In this document: one piece after another, positions 20,450 to 33,624 of the stretch
How the letters are laid out: the number at the start of each line of letters is the position of its first letter
Position numbering within the stretch: position 1 is the first letter of the stretch
Origin: Nannocystis bainbridge
Lineage (GTDB): Bacteria; Myxococcota_A; Polyangia; Nannocystales; Nannocystaceae
Length of the DNA stretch: 64,000 nt
Assembly: GCF_028368995.1 (NCBI RefSeq)
Contig: NZ_JAQNDL010000003.1
Location: forward strand, 64,001 to 128,000
Reading direction: 5' to 3'
Position numbers and translations under genes: made by a program
Notes under the pieces: generated by a model
Databases searched by the model: none
What the model was told of the DNA's origin: nothing
The model's input: only the letters and a program-made list of their open reading frames with translations

Positions 20450-21128
20450 GCGCGGCAACCTATCTCCCAGTGAAGCCGCGAGCAAGCGCCAAGCACTGCG
20501 CGTTCCCGTCGATTGGAGAGATGCGGAGGAGGCCGGGGTTCGTCGGGAACACCGGGGGGTGAGATTCGCCTCGCGGCGTAGGCACTGGCGCGGATTGGTC
20601 CATCGTGATCACTATGATCGACATCGCGTCGATCGGCATCGCGCCGCTCGGCATCGTGACTGCATCGATCGAAGTCGTGATCGCGCCGATCGGTTTCGCT
20701 AACACCGGCTGGCGCGCAGGCCGGCGGCCGAGCCGCTCACGGAACGGAGGGTCCCCAGGGTGTTACGAGTCGCCGAATGCGCGGAGAGGCGAGACCGACG
20801 CTGAATCACCGGCTCTTCGATACCCCGAGATTCGCCCGCGTTGCAAAGCGCGGAGCATTCATAATCTGAGGGTCTCCGTCCGGGCTTTGGTCAATCGGCT
20901 TCACCGCCTTCTCATCAGTGAATGGCGCTATCGAAGATTCCTGATTGAGAACCAGGATGCGCGAACCGAGGAACCGAACCACATTGCTAGCGAGAGATCG
21001 CAGACGCTCGAGCATGTATTTGGGCTCTCGCCTGAGCGCACGTCCATCTCCGGCTGTTCTGGCGCCACGGTTCGGCACCAACGGATGCCGCCGTGAAGTC
21101 GATTCTTTGGCGCCTGCGCCTGGACTTG

Positions 21129-23276
<2,148 letters not shown>

Positions 23277-23295
23277 AGCCCGAGGACTCAAGACC

Positions 23296-24021
23296 ATGCC
23301 TACCACTACACACGAACCTTCGGGTCTCATCGCCATCCGCGCCCTCGTCGACCTGGAGCGCGAGCGCCAGGACCGCGAGCAGGCCGCCGCAGCCGCCCGC
23401 GAGGCCGCCGAGGCCGCTGCCCGCGAGGTCGCCGAGGCCCGCGCCCGCGCCGAAGCCGAGGCCCTGGCCCTGGCCGCCGCCGAGGCCCGGCGCCGCGACG
23501 AGCGCCGGCTGCACGAGGAGCGACTGCGCGCCGCCGAGGTCGAGGGCCGGCTGCGGGCCGGCCAGGCGGCTCACCTGGCGCAGGTGCAGGCCGAGCTCGA
23601 CGCCCGGACCGGCCCCGCGCGCCCGGCCAGCGCCGTCGGCCTGTGGACCGCCGGCGCCCTCGGCCTCGTCGGCCTCGGCCTCGCGGTGCTGCTGAAGACC
23701 GCCACCGCCGCGCCCGCGCCCGCGCTCGCGCCGGTGGCCGCCGCCGAGGACACCTCGCTCCGCGACGCCCGCCAGGCGATCGCCGAGCTCCGGGCCGGCA
23801 TCGCCGACATCGAGCGCAGCAACGAGGCCGACCGCCAGGCCCTCGCCAACGCCACCGCCCGCGCCGCGGCCTCCGTCGTCGCCCCCGCGGCCGCACCCGC
23901 GCCGACGCGCCCGCGCCCGAGCGCCCGCCCGACCGCCAGGCCGGGCGACAAGCCCCCAGTCGCCAAGCCCGGCGGGCTCAAGATCTGCGACACCAACGAC
24001 CCGCTGGCCGAGGACTGCTGA
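23296..24021 (+). CDS. Hypothetical coiled-coil membrane protein with C-terminal CDxNDPL motif
   Basis: Ala/Glu/Arg coiled coil, TM LWTAGALGLVGLGLAVLL, Pro-rich linker, ends KICDTNDPLAEDC. Confidence 0.75.
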   Translation: MPTTTHEPSGLIAIRALVDLERERQDREQAAAAAREAAEAAAREVAEARARAEAEALALAAAEARRRDERRLHEERLRAAEVEGRLRAGQAAHLAQVQAELDARTGPARPASAVGLWTAGALGLVGLGLAVLLKTATAAPAPALAPVAAAEDTSLRDARQAIAELRAGIADIERSNEADRQALANATARAAASVVAPAAAPAPTRPRPSARPTARPGDKPPVAKPGGLKICDTNDPLAEDC

Positions 24022-24040
24022 TCGTCCTCGTCGCCAGAGA

Positions 24041-24120
24041 CGACATGCCCGATGGATCATGCTCCGAAGGACATGCTCCATCGAGCATGTCCTCGAGGAC
24101 ATGCCCGATGGGGCATGAAC
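24041..24120. repeat. 14-bp-period palindrome array (6 CATG junctions)
   Basis: CATG at 24044, 24058, 24072, 24086, 24100, 24114, between convergent genes. Confidence 0.9.
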
Positions 24121-24123
24121 TCT

Positions 24124-24753
24124 TCAGCCGCCGGGCCCGCGGGGCAGCCCGCGGGCCGACAGCTCGCGGACCCAGTCGTCGAGGCGGTCGACCGTCGACG
24201 CGCGCAGCGCCGGCGTCTCGGCCAGGCGCTCGCAGGCGGCCACCACCAGCAGCCGGGCCTTGCGCAGGCGGCCGTACATGCCCGGCTCGGACAGCCCGTA
24301 CATGCGCGCCAGCTCGCCCGCGGTGGCGCCCTCGAGGTGGTAGAGCTCGAACGCGATCTGCAGGTCGATCGGCAGCTCGCGCAGCGCTTGCAGCAGGATC
24401 GTCTCCTCGCGCCGGTGGGCCAGCGCGCTGGTCGGCGACGGCCCGAAGCCTGCAAGCGAGTGCTCGATCGGGTCGAGGTGATCGGCGTCGCGGCGCTTGC
24501 GGCGGAGGTGCGTCAGCAGCACCAGCCGCGCCGTCCCGAGCACGTAGGTGCGGAACGCCGACTCGCCGCGGAACCGCTCCTTGCCCTCGCACATCGCCAG
24601 GAACGTCTGCTGGATCAGGTCGGCCGCCGCCGCCTCGCCGACCTTGTAGTAGAAAAACCGGCACACCGCGTCGAAGTGGCGCGCGAGCAGCGAGTCGCCG
24701 GCCGCGCGGTCGCCCGCGCGCCAGGCCGTCAGCAGCTCCTCGTCGCTCGTCAT
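24124..24753 (-). CDS. ECF-type RNA polymerase sigma-70 factor
   Basis: SDEELLTAWRAGD, DLIQQTFL...FRGESAFRTYV (region 2), ALRELPIDLQIAFELYHLEG (region 4). Confidence 0.92.
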   Translation of the reverse strand: MTSDEELLTAWRAGDRAAGDSLLARHFDAVCRFFYYKVGEAAAADLIQQTFLAMCEGKERFRGESAFRTYVLGTARLVLLTHLRRKRRDADHLDPIEHSLAGFGPSPTSALAHRREETILLQALRELPIDLQIAFELYHLEGATAGELARMYGLSEPGMYGRLRKARLLVVAACERLAETPALRASTVDRLDDWVRELSARGLPRGPGG

Positions 24754-24790
24754 GGTCGAGCTGCAGTATAGCGGCCGGCGCCGACCGCCG

Positions 24791-25756
24791 TCACGCCGCC
24801 AGCGGCTCGATCCCGTACTCGCGGCGCAGGTCCTCGACCTGGCGATCCATCACCGCCCAGAAGTCCCAGTGATCGGTGAGGTCGAGCTTCGCCTGCGCGC
24901 CGCGGGCGAACGCTCGCACCACGTCGTCGATCGCGCCGGGCTTGTCGTTGTAGTAGCCGTGCGCCGGGTCGGCGAAGACCGTCAGGCGCAGGCCGTGCTG
25001 GCCGTTGAGCAGCACGAACACCAGGACGCTGAACGGGTCCTGGCGCTTGTAGCCGGCCTGGAACGCGAGCACGAGGCCCTCGCTCTGGAAATCGGTGCCG
25101 TAGCCGCCGAGGATGTGCGACAGGTCGTGCGTCAGCAGCGGCTCGGGCGCGCCGTGCTTCTCGCCGGGGAACTTGAAGCCGTTGGCGTCGTAGAAGCGCC
25201 ACAGCTCCTTGCCCAGCGAGCCGTCGGGGTAGTTCGCCAGCCCGCGGTAGCGCCCGGCCACCGCGCTGTTCTCCCACAGCCCGGCGAAGCTGCCGACGTT
25301 CTTGAGCACGCCGAAGAGGCCCTGCTTCTCGTACAGCTGCTTCATCGCCGGGCCGAGCAGGCTGCGGCGGATCACGTCGAAGCGCAGCGCCACCAGCCGC
25401 TCGGTCTGGAACTTGCGCAGCTGCGCCAGCGCGACCGGCTCGACCGCGAGCGCCGCCGCGTAGCCCTCGATCGCCGCCTGCTCCTCCTCGGCCACCGTGT
25501 CGCGGGCGAGCGTCAGCGTGACCATGCCGCTGATCAGCTGGGTCCGCAGCGCCGGGTCGTCGATCGCCTCTGCCAGCGCCGCGGGCGTGATCGGATCGAG
25601 CGCGTCGAGGTCGAACGCGGTGCGCAGCAGGTGCTGCTGGATCGCCAGGAGCGCCTCGCGGCGGATCGGCGCCAGCTCGCCGGCTGAGGTGAGTACGGTC
25701 TTCATGGCGCGAAGGCCGGCGTGGGCTTGCTCGTGGGTCGGGATCAGAAACGTCAT
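24791..25756 (-). CDS. Coq4-like metal-binding protein
   Basis: YPDGSLGK...HDLSHILGGYGTDFQSE = HDxxH-x11-E motif. Confidence 0.7.
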   Translation of the reverse strand: MTFLIPTHEQAHAGLRAMKTVLTSAGELAPIRREALLAIQQHLLRTAFDLDALDPITPAALAEAIDDPALRTQLISGMVTLTLARDTVAEEEQAAIEGYAAALAVEPVALAQLRKFQTERLVALRFDVIRRSLLGPAMKQLYEKQGLFGVLKNVGSFAGLWENSAVAGRYRGLANYPDGSLGKELWRFYDANGFKFPGEKHGAPEPLLTHDLSHILGGYGTDFQSEGLVLAFQAGYKRQDPFSVLVFVLLNGQHGLRLTVFADPAHGYYNDKPGAIDDVVRAFARGAQAKLDLTDHWDFWAVMDRQVEDLRREYGIEPLAA

Positions 25757-26066
25757 GGCTCGCTCTCCGTGGCCTCATCGTGCGCCGCCCCGGCCCGCCG
25801 CGCCTTGTCGCAGCGCGCCAACGATTTGTCGCCACGCGTCATCCGCCGCGCACCCTCGGAGCGCACGCGTCATTCGCCGCGCGCGTCTGCACCTCGTCAC
25901 GCGTCATGCGTCGCGCACCCTCGATCGGTCGCCCCGTCACCCGCCGCGCGGCGGCACATCGTCACGCATCATTCATCGCGCGAGCGGCGATGCGTCGGCA
26001 CTCGGCGGGCAACTGCGCCTCGCCGTCGCGCCTCACATCATCAGCCCGTGCTTGCTACCGTCATTC

Positions 26067-27074
26067 TCACCGCGCCTCGCGCTGTCGCCACGCCGACGGC
26101 ACCGACCCGGTCCAGCGGCGGAACGCGCGGGTGAACGCCGCCACCTCGGTGAAGCCGACCAGGAACGCCACCTCCGACACCGTGCGCTGGCCCTCGCGCA
26201 GATAGCCGAGCGACAGGTCGCGCCGCACCTCGTCGACCAGCGCCTGGTACGTCGTGCCCTCGGCTTGCAGCGCGCGCTGCAGCGTGCGCGGGCTGGTCGC
26301 CAGCGCCTTGGCGATCGCCTCGAGCGGCGGCGGCTCGCCCGGCATCGCCCGCACCACCTGCGTCTTCACGCGATGCACCACGTCGTCGCGGGCCGGCAGG
26401 CGCGCCAGCAATTCGTCGGCGTGGCGCTCGAGCAGCGTCCCCAGCGATGGATCGGCGCCGCGGACCGGCGCGTCGAGCAGCTCGGCGCGGAACTCGAACC
26501 CGTTCGCGACCTCGTGGAAGGCCAGCGGCGCCGCGAAGATCCGCCGGTGCGGCTCGATGTCGGCCGGCGTCGCGTGCTGAAACCCGACCCGTCGCGCCGC
26601 GAACGTCGGCCCGACCAGCGCTCGCGCCCGCAGGAACCACGTCGCCACCGCGTACTCCGAGAAGTGCCGCGGCGCGCAGGCCGTCCCGCGCAGGCGCAGC
26701 TGCAGGCGCGCCTGCCCGTCCGCGATCGTCAGCGTCAGCTCGGCGTCGTCGTGGTGCAGGCGTTGATAGCGGAGCATGCGCTCGATCGCCTGCCGCAGCG
26801 TCGGCCCCTGCGCGCACACGTAGTCGACCACGTCGAACGGCGCGTCGCTAAGCTGCTCCGCGGCCCCGAGGCCGAAGCCCGGGTCGCCGCACAGCGCCGG
26901 CACTTGCTCCCACGCGCGCAGGAACAGCGCGTGGGGCACCCGCACGTGCGGGTCGGCGAGCAGGCCCGGATCGAACTCGAGCCGGCGGGCGAGCTCGTCG
27001 GGACCGACGCCGAAGCGCGCCGCCCCGAGCACACACATCCGGATCGCCTTGATGCACGCCGTCGACGGAGTCAT
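26067..27074 (-). CDS. AraC family transcriptional regulator
   Basis: SPRTLQRALQAEGTTY...VSEVAFLVGFTEVAAFTRAFRRWTG. Confidence 0.93.
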   Translation of the reverse strand: MTPSTACIKAIRMCVLGAARFGVGPDELARRLEFDPGLLADPHVRVPHALFLRAWEQVPALCGDPGFGLGAAEQLSDAPFDVVDYVCAQGPTLRQAIERMLRYQRLHHDDAELTLTIADGQARLQLRLRGTACAPRHFSEYAVATWFLRARALVGPTFAARRVGFQHATPADIEPHRRIFAAPLAFHEVANGFEFRAELLDAPVRGADPSLGTLLERHADELLARLPARDDVVHRVKTQVVRAMPGEPPPLEAIAKALATSPRTLQRALQAEGTTYQALVDEVRRDLSLGYLREGQRTVSEVAFLVGFTEVAAFTRAFRRWTGSVPSAWRQREAR

Positions 27075-27228
27075 GCCCGGACTGAACTTCAGCGCCCCGG
27101 CGCCCTGCCGTCAATCGCCGCGACCCGGGAAAGCCCGGCCCTGCGCGCCTCCGCGGCCGGTGCGAGCGTCCCGGCGCCGGATCGCGCCCACGGATCTGCG
27201 CCCGCGCCTTGGCCGCACCTGGGATGCG

Positions 27229-27286
27229 TATGACCCTTCGGACATGTCCTTTTCAACATTCTCTATCGGACATGTCCTTGTCGCCA
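27229..27286. repeat. 14-bp-period palindrome array (4 units)
   Basis: tgacccttcggaca|tgtccttttcaaca|ttctctatcggaca|tgtccttgtcgcca. Confidence 0.8.
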
Positions 27287-27443
27287 GATTGCCTTCACGC
27301 CTCGGCTCGCTGCGGCCACTACGCACCCCGGCTCGCGCAAGGAACCTCAGGCGCAGCCGCGCGCCGTGCTGCGGCGCGGCGGGCGAAAGATCGTGGTTCA
27401 CGCCGTTCACCGCCCCAATTTGCCGTCCGCGGAGGATCGAACC

Positions 27444-28289
27444 ATGCAGAACAAGACACACCACCACCGCGAGCACCGCCACGGACACAAGGGCCGGCGA
27501 GATCTGGGCGAGACGCGCGGGCTGCTGGCGCGGGCCGTCGATCGCGTGCGCGCGTGGTTGGGCGACGAGGACGCCTCCGGCCGGCTGAAGCTCGACGCCC
27601 GGCGCAGTCGTCGTGACGCGCGGATCCAGGCCCGGGCCGAGCGGCGGGAGCACATGCGCCAGGAGATCGAGGAGCGGCGGCGCAGCGCCAAGCGGCATCA
27701 TCGCGAGCGCATGGCCGGCGCGCCCCCCCTGAGCTTCATCCCGTCGCCGCAGACCTGGCCGTGGCAGTTCATGGGACGCGGCGCCCCGTGGCCGCCGAAC
27801 CCCGAGTCGTACTACCAACAATCGCTGCCGCCCGGCGTGCGCGGCCGGCCGCTGCAGCGTCGCGGCCGCTTCACCGGCCGCGGCCCTCGCGGCTATGTCC
27901 GCCCGGACGCGCGGATCGTCGAGGACATCAACGAGGCTCTGACGTACAGCCCGCACATCGACGCCAGTGACATCGTCGTCCGCGTCGACAGCGGCGACGT
28001 CGTCCTCTCGGGCAGCGTCGACGATCGCTACATCAAGCGCCTGGTCGAGGAGCTGATCGAAGACGTCGCGGGTGTGCGCGACGTGCAGAACGACCTGCAC
28101 GTCGAGACCCGCGATCTGCAGGGCGCCGGCGGTATGCACCGCAGCTCGGCCCGCCGCGACGACAGGGGCGCGCAGCGGCGCGACATGACCGTGGGCCAGG
28201 ACTTCGAGGACCTCGAGACCAGCAACCTCAACACCGGCCAGGAGAGCTGCGCCCGCAAGCACCGCGGCGGCAGCTTCTCCGGCACCTGA
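27444..28289 (+). CDS. BON domain protein
   Basis: GRGPRGYVRPDARIVEDINEAL...IDASDIVVRVDSGDVVLSGSV...GVRDVQNDL; GGAGG RBS. Confidence 0.88.
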   Translation: MQNKTHHHREHRHGHKGRRDLGETRGLLARAVDRVRAWLGDEDASGRLKLDARRSRRDARIQARAERREHMRQEIEERRRSAKRHHRERMAGAPPLSFIPSPQTWPWQFMGRGAPWPPNPESYYQQSLPPGVRGRPLQRRGRFTGRGPRGYVRPDARIVEDINEALTYSPHIDASDIVVRVDSGDVVLSGSVDDRYIKRLVEELIEDVAGVRDVQNDLHVETRDLQGAGGMHRSSARRDDRGAQRRDMTVGQDFEDLETSNLNTGQESCARKHRGGSFSGT

Positions 28290-28311
28290 GCAGCGCGAGC
28301 GACGGCCCGCG

Positions 28312-29107
28312 CGGCGACGTGGTACTTGTCGAAGGCGATCTTCGCGTCGCCATCGGGGATGGCCTCGCGGACAGCTTGAATGTAGGGCTCGTGCATGTCC
28401 ATGACGACCACCGAGACCGCAGCCCTCTCTGGGCGCGAAAAGCCGCTCAGGAAGCCCTTGAGGGCCCCTTTGCCGCGTCCGTCGGCGACGTGGATGACCC
28501 GCTTGCTGGCGGACTTCGGGTCATGCACGATCGTGACGTACTCGTGGCGCCGCTGGAAGGAGGTCTCGTCGACGGCGAGCATCGCCGGCAGCGCGACCTC
28601 GCGGCGCTCGAGTCCACATTGTACTGCACGCTCCTGGACGCCGGCGACCTGATCCCACGAGAGGCCGAGGCGCTCCGCGACCACTGCGATCGGCGCCTCG
28701 CGGAGCCAGTCGATCACCAGCGCCTCGAACAGCGCGGTGAGCCGGGCGCTACCGTCCGCCCAAGAGACGCGCATCGTCAGCGTACCGTGCTTCGGGCACG
28801 ACGTCCGCGGTACGCCGGCTTCGATGATCGTCCGATACTGACACGTATCGAGGTGCCGCCATCGACGAGTCCGTGTATCGTGACGGGGAACAGCCTGGTC
28901 ACACTCCGGGCACCTCGTCGGCACATCGGAGTCGTGCTCGACCTCGATGACGATCTGCCCCTGCCCGAGCTGCAGCTTCACCGCAGCAACACGCCAGGGA
29001 GCCTCGATACCGAGAATGCGGGCATAGAGTTCGGTCTCTGCCATTCGCGCACGGTATCACGGCGCGATTTCGCGCGCAACCCACGCCACCCTCAACCCTG
29101 AAGAGCC
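28312..29107 (-). mobile_element. ISL3-family IS, 3'-truncated (left end plus N-terminal ~245 aa of transposase, start 29044)
   Basis: CPEC...RRWRHLDTCQYRTIIEAGVPRTSCPKHG, AVDETSFQRRHEY, VMDM, AFDKYHV then homology stops; end GGCTCTTC at 29107 next to AT-rich TAATTTCT. Confidence 0.9.
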
Positions 29108-29635
29108 TAATTTCTACCGTGGCGATCGAGGAGCACAAGCTCCAAGCGGCGCTCCTCAGGGCGCTCGGCTCGCGCGAGAGCGCACACAAACACCCCTTTC
29201 ACGTCGTCGACCACGAAGCGCTGGCCGTGAGGGCGGCTGGGAGTACGAGTATTCGCTCGCGCCCAGACCGCCGCGCTGCCTCGCCGTCAATCTCGTGCGC
29301 AGCCTCTCCTGGCAGACCAGCGACTTCGGGCGCACCCGGCGGAAGTTTCCACTGCGCCTGCCGATGGCGAGCCTGAAGGGTTCGTGGAGCCTCGGCTCCG
29401 AGGGGCTCGCACCCGGCTGCTGACACGACCACGGTCGCGAAAGGACCGTGGGTGCCCGGGTGTATGCTCGGGCACCCAGCAGGCGCCGGCGCCTCGCCGA
29501 CAAGGCCGTCGTCGGCGGCGACGGGCTCGCGGTCGGCTCGCTGATCCACAGCTGCCGCGAGCTCCGCGGCGAGCACCGGCCGCGAGCGCTGGCGTCCGTC
29601 GAAGAAGCCCGGCTCGTACTCGTCCGTGATTTCCT

Positions 29636-29790
29636 GGCGATCGGCGTCTCGTCGAGGACGGCGGCCGCCTGCTCGTCGCACCACGCGAAGAAGTTGTCGA
29701 CGATCGGCCGCGACTTCTCGCGGCGGGTCTCCTCGCGCTTCTTCCGCGGCGCGGCGCGCCGAGTTCTGTGCGCTCGAAGTTCAAGCAACG
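29636..29790 (-). pseudogene. IS66-family transposase internal fragment
   Basis: REETRREKSRPIVDNFFAWCDEQAAAVLDETPIA resembles IS66 TnpC; no start or end visible. Confidence 0.65.
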
Positions 29791-29941
29791 ACCTCGAGCC
29801 TGCCAATCGCGCCAGGAGCCAACCCCTCGCGCACAGGGGCGGCGCCGATCGGCGCATCCTGGCGCTCCTGTTGACAACTGCTGCGCCGCCAGTCAGCATG
29901 ACCTGGTTGCCTTGTGTCTCTTGTATCTAAGGAGTAGGAAG

Positions 29942-30568
29942 GTGCGCGTGAGTTGGTCAGCGGGTGGATTGTTGTTGAGCGTCGGGGTTACATTGGCCTG
30001 CGAGTCGGCGCCGGAGGCCCTGATGCCGCGCGACGGCGAGGCCCTGGTCCAGTCGCCCGGTGTCTGCGCCGAGGCCCTGCTGCCATCGGCCGTGAGCGTC
30101 GTCTGGGACGACGTGGCGAGCGACGCCAAGCTCCTCGGCACGGCCGACCCCGTGACGCTCGTCGTCACCAACGTCTCTGACCGTGCGATGCAAGTGCGGT
30201 CGTTCATCGAACTCGAACTCGACGCGGGCGAGCCCGGTCAGATCGCCCTGGGGACCGCGGGGCTCGCGCCAGGCGAGACGTTCACGACCGCCTTCTCGCT
30301 GTCGGAGCGAGTACCACCGGCGATACGCGCGCACTCGAGCTCACGTGGCATTCAGGCCACCGCCGAGGTCATGGACGGCGAAGGTCACCGGCTCGAGCTC
30401 GTCCATGCGCCGCCGATCTTCTACCACTGGGACGCCGACACGCTGCTGATCTACGGCGAGCACGTCTTGCACAAAGAGATGAATCATGGCCTCTGGGGCG
30501 CGCCAGCAGCGCTCGACGAAGACGAGGCCCGATTCGTCCGCCGCGCCCAGGTCTGGTCGAAGGATTGA
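29942..30568 (+). CDS. Hypothetical lipoprotein
   Basis: AAGGAG upstream; GLLLSVGVTLAC lipobox. Confidence 0.65.
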   Translation: MRVSWSAGGLLLSVGVTLACESAPEALMPRDGEALVQSPGVCAEALLPSAVSVVWDDVASDAKLLGTADPVTLVVTNVSDRAMQVRSFIELELDAGEPGQIALGTAGLAPGETFTTAFSLSERVPPAIRAHSSSRGIQATAEVMDGEGHRLELVHAPPIFYHWDADTLLIYGEHVLHKEMNHGLWGAPAALDEDEARFVRRAQVWSKD

Positions 30569-30587
30569 CCTGTCCATGGTATACACA

Positions 30588-31908
30588 ATGCTCAAAAGAC
30601 CCTCCGGCCTGGCTCGCTACGCGGCGCTGGCCAGCGCTGCATTCGTCTTGTCCTTCGCCCTCGACGCGCACTCGAACCCGATCTTCGAGCACGACTGGTG
30701 CTTCCTTCCGCTGGCGCGTAAACGCCGTGGACAACGGGGTCGGCGAGGATTTCGGGACCACCAACGTGTGGCTCGCGCGCGGGGCTCGGGTCTACATCCT
30801 CCATCCGTCCGAGTCCCCGCGGACCTTGTACACGGACGTCGACACTGGCTGCCTCTCGTTCCTGTCCAACTTCGGCTCCGGCTTCGAGGTCCGGCTTCAC
30901 GCCGAGACGAAGGTGGGAGGCACCGGCAACATCACCATCCGCGCGTTCGCCAGCCTCGCTAACCTCGAGTACTGGGAGGCGCTTCCGGTCCAGGCGCGCC
31001 TGGAGTCGTGGCGCTGGTATGACGTGGCACCGACCTGCGACGGCACCTTCTGCGACTTGACCCTGACCAACACCTCGGTGACCGACGTCGTCTCCAACCT
31101 GATCGCCGCCGCGACGTGGGTCGTGCACAGGGTCGATTCGAGCACGAGCCCGCGGATCGCGGGGACGCACAGCCTGGCGGTGATCCACGCCGATTGCGAT
31201 ATCGGTTCGGGCTCCTGCTACATCAAGAACTCGCCGAACAATCGGATCTTCATCCAGGACACGCTGACGGGCCTGCCCGAGGGCGCCACGCGCAAATTCC
31301 TCATCGGCCACGAAACAGGGCACTTCTTTGACCACGTCTACTCGGGCGGCTTGCTCGCCGCCTCCGGTGCTTGGGGGCTGACGGACATCAATCACCCGCG
31401 TTGCAGCTCGGCCGGGGTCGTGGGCAATCATGCGTTGCGCTCCGAAGAGTGGGCAAGCGGTGCGTTCGTCGAGGGATTCGCGCACTTCATCTCCACTCTG
31501 GCATTCAATCAACACACCGAGCAGAACGGGATTTTCAAGTACTACAAGAACGACTCCGGGAGCGGGTTCAGCTACAACTTCGACACCGTCGACGTCGAGG
31601 GTTCGTCGAGTTGGCTGCACAGCACGTCGGGATGCGACTGCCGCAACGGCGCATTCTTGTGCCCCGACCGGTCGACCGAGCTCGACTGGCTCCGCTTCTT
31701 TTGGGACTTTCGCACCAACCCAGGAGGCACCGGCGACCCGCAGCCCACACACGCCGACATCTTTGCTATGCTCGCCCACGTGGGCGCAAACCACCTCAAC
31801 TACGGGCTCACGCAGATCTTCCAGTGGCTGGACGACGCGGTTCCGTCGACCCTGCAGACGCGCTTCACGGATTATGCGGAACATAATGGGGTCGACACCG
31901 CCCCCTAG
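30588..31908 (+). pseudogene. Secreted HExxH metalloprotease-like gene with +1 frameshift at ~30701-30708
   Basis: Signal peptide MLKRPSGLARYAALASAAFVLSFALDAHS in one frame; body with GHETGH...EGFAHF in another; junction TG-CTTC-CTTC-CGC. Confidence 0.72.
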
Positions 31909-31917
31909 GAGCGACAA

Positions 31918-33147
31918 ATGGCACCTCGTCGATCACCTCTCCCGCTCATCGCCCACGCGACCGCGCTTGCCATCTTGCTCACCGCCTGTGCCCCGCACAA
32001 GGGCGATTCGGCGACCACCGACTCGGCAACGAGCGACGCGAGCGATTCCGCCACCGCGGCTAACTCGACCACCGACTCGTCGACGCCCACGACCACCGAG
32101 GCCTCGTGCGCCGACGTGGTCGCCGGCGACCTAATGATCTCCGACGCCACCGATATCGCCACGCTCGCCTGTGTGGTCGAGGTTCAGGGCGAGCTTCGGG
32201 TCTCCGACACGACGACCTGGTCCAACCTCACACCGCTGGCGAACCTCCGGCTCGTGGGCGGCGACGTGAAGCTCCTGCGCAACGCTGCGCTCGTCGACCT
32301 CGCCGGGCTGCAGGGCCTCGAGCGCGTCGGCGGGTCCATCACCATCGTCGGCAACCCGCAGCTCGCCGATCTCTCCGGGCTCGGCGGCGTGCGCCGGCTC
32401 GGCGGCCTCGGCATCAACAACAACGCGCTGGTCTCTCTCGCCGGGCTACAGGATGACGTCGTCTTTGAAGCCGCGCAGGGCGGACCGGCAGGGTTCAGCG
32501 TCGTCAACGAGACGTTGACCGACTTCGACGGGCTGTCGGCGATCACCACCGCTTCGGCGCCGCAGGGCCTCAACCTCAGCGTGAGCGAAATGCCGGCGCT
32601 CACCGACGTGTCGGGGCTCGACGTGTTCGCCGCAGTGGAAGGCCCGATCGAGCTCACGCTCCGCGAGCTGCCGGCGCTGACGGGCTTGCAGTGGCCCGGT
32701 CCGCTCGAGCTTCTCAATATTCGCGACGCGCCGGCGCTGCACGAGCTCGTCTTGCCCGCCGTGGTCGATGCGCGCGAGATCAGCTTCGAGCGCGTGCCGG
32801 CGCTCACCAGCCTCGCCGGCCTCGCGGCGCTGCGTTCCGTCTCGGAGGTGCTCTCGCTCGGTCCGTGCAATGGCGACGGCCTGGCCGGCATCGTCGACCT
32901 CCACGGCCTGGAGTCGCTCGAGCAGGCCGGCATCGTCTACATCGACAGCAACGCCTCGCTCGCCGCCTTGACCGGGTTGCCGACCTCGCTCCAGGCCGAC
33001 AACGTGTTCATCTGGCACAACCCTGCCCTGCCGCAGGCCGACGCGGACGCCTGGCTCGTCGCCGCCGGGCTCGCGGAGCACGCCGCCTCGGAGGCGTGCG
33101 ACAACCTCGGCGGCCCGGCCTGCGAGCTCAGCTGCCCGGTCTACTGA
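31918..33147 (+). CDS. Lipoprotein with receptor L-domain / LRR-like repeats
   Basis: LAILLTAC lipobox, S/T linker, repeated LxGLxxLxxVGGxxxIxxNxxL units; AGGAG RBS. Confidence 0.85.
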   Translation: MAPRRSPLPLIAHATALAILLTACAPHKGDSATTDSATSDASDSATAANSTTDSSTPTTTEASCADVVAGDLMISDATDIATLACVVEVQGELRVSDTTTWSNLTPLANLRLVGGDVKLLRNAALVDLAGLQGLERVGGSITIVGNPQLADLSGLGGVRRLGGLGINNNALVSLAGLQDDVVFEAAQGGPAGFSVVNETLTDFDGLSAITTASAPQGLNLSVSEMPALTDVSGLDVFAAVEGPIELTLRELPALTGLQWPGPLELLNIRDAPALHELVLPAVVDAREISFERVPALTSLAGLAALRSVSEVLSLGPCNGDGLAGIVDLHGLESLEQAGIVYIDSNASLAALTGLPTSLQADNVFIWHNPALPQADADAWLVAAGLAEHAASEACDNLGGPACELSCPVY

Positions 33148-33624
33148 TTTACGCGTGCAACGAGTCGGACGGACACTCCCGTCAATAGCGATAACGCAGC
33201 AAGCGACTGATCTCGTCGCTCGGCGAGCGGACCGCAGCGCTGTGGAGCGCGGGCAATGGCCAGGAGCGGGGGTTCTGAAGTGGGCGCAGTAGCAAGGCGA
33301 TCGTCGATCACGCTCGCCCGCGTAGCCGCGTGCGCGACCTATCTCTGAAGCCATGCCGCTGGCTCAGAACGCTCCGCGGTCATGGGTCGGCTCGTCTCGA
33401 AGGCCAGGCGGCTGCCGGCCACGGGGCTTGGCCCAGCGGGCGGTATAGGCCGGCGCAGGAGCCCAGATGCGCGGAGACGCGATCTCCCGGTCGACGCGAA
33501 AATTCGTCTCGATTTCGTCGCGAATTTGGCTCTTTTCGAGACGTCTCACCGTAAACGAGCCCGCAGGGACGTCTAGCGCTGCCTGTACACGACTTCACCA
33601 ATACGGGGGGTAGGAGGAAGGGTC

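Noticed and set aside
24041-24120. 14-bp arrays as CRISPR, or as p53-type sites (RRRCATGYYY resemblance)
   Set aside because: No 25-40 bp repeats with unique spacers and no cas genes; the p53 half-site likeness is coincidental in a bacterium.
28028-28311. C-terminal extension of the ISL3 transposase ORF overlapping the BON gene
   Set aside because: Read-through after truncation into the antisense strand of the BON gene.
33490-33530. Imperfect AT-rich inverted repeat upstream of the integrase fragment as an att site
   Set aside because: No partner copy or tRNA found in the window.
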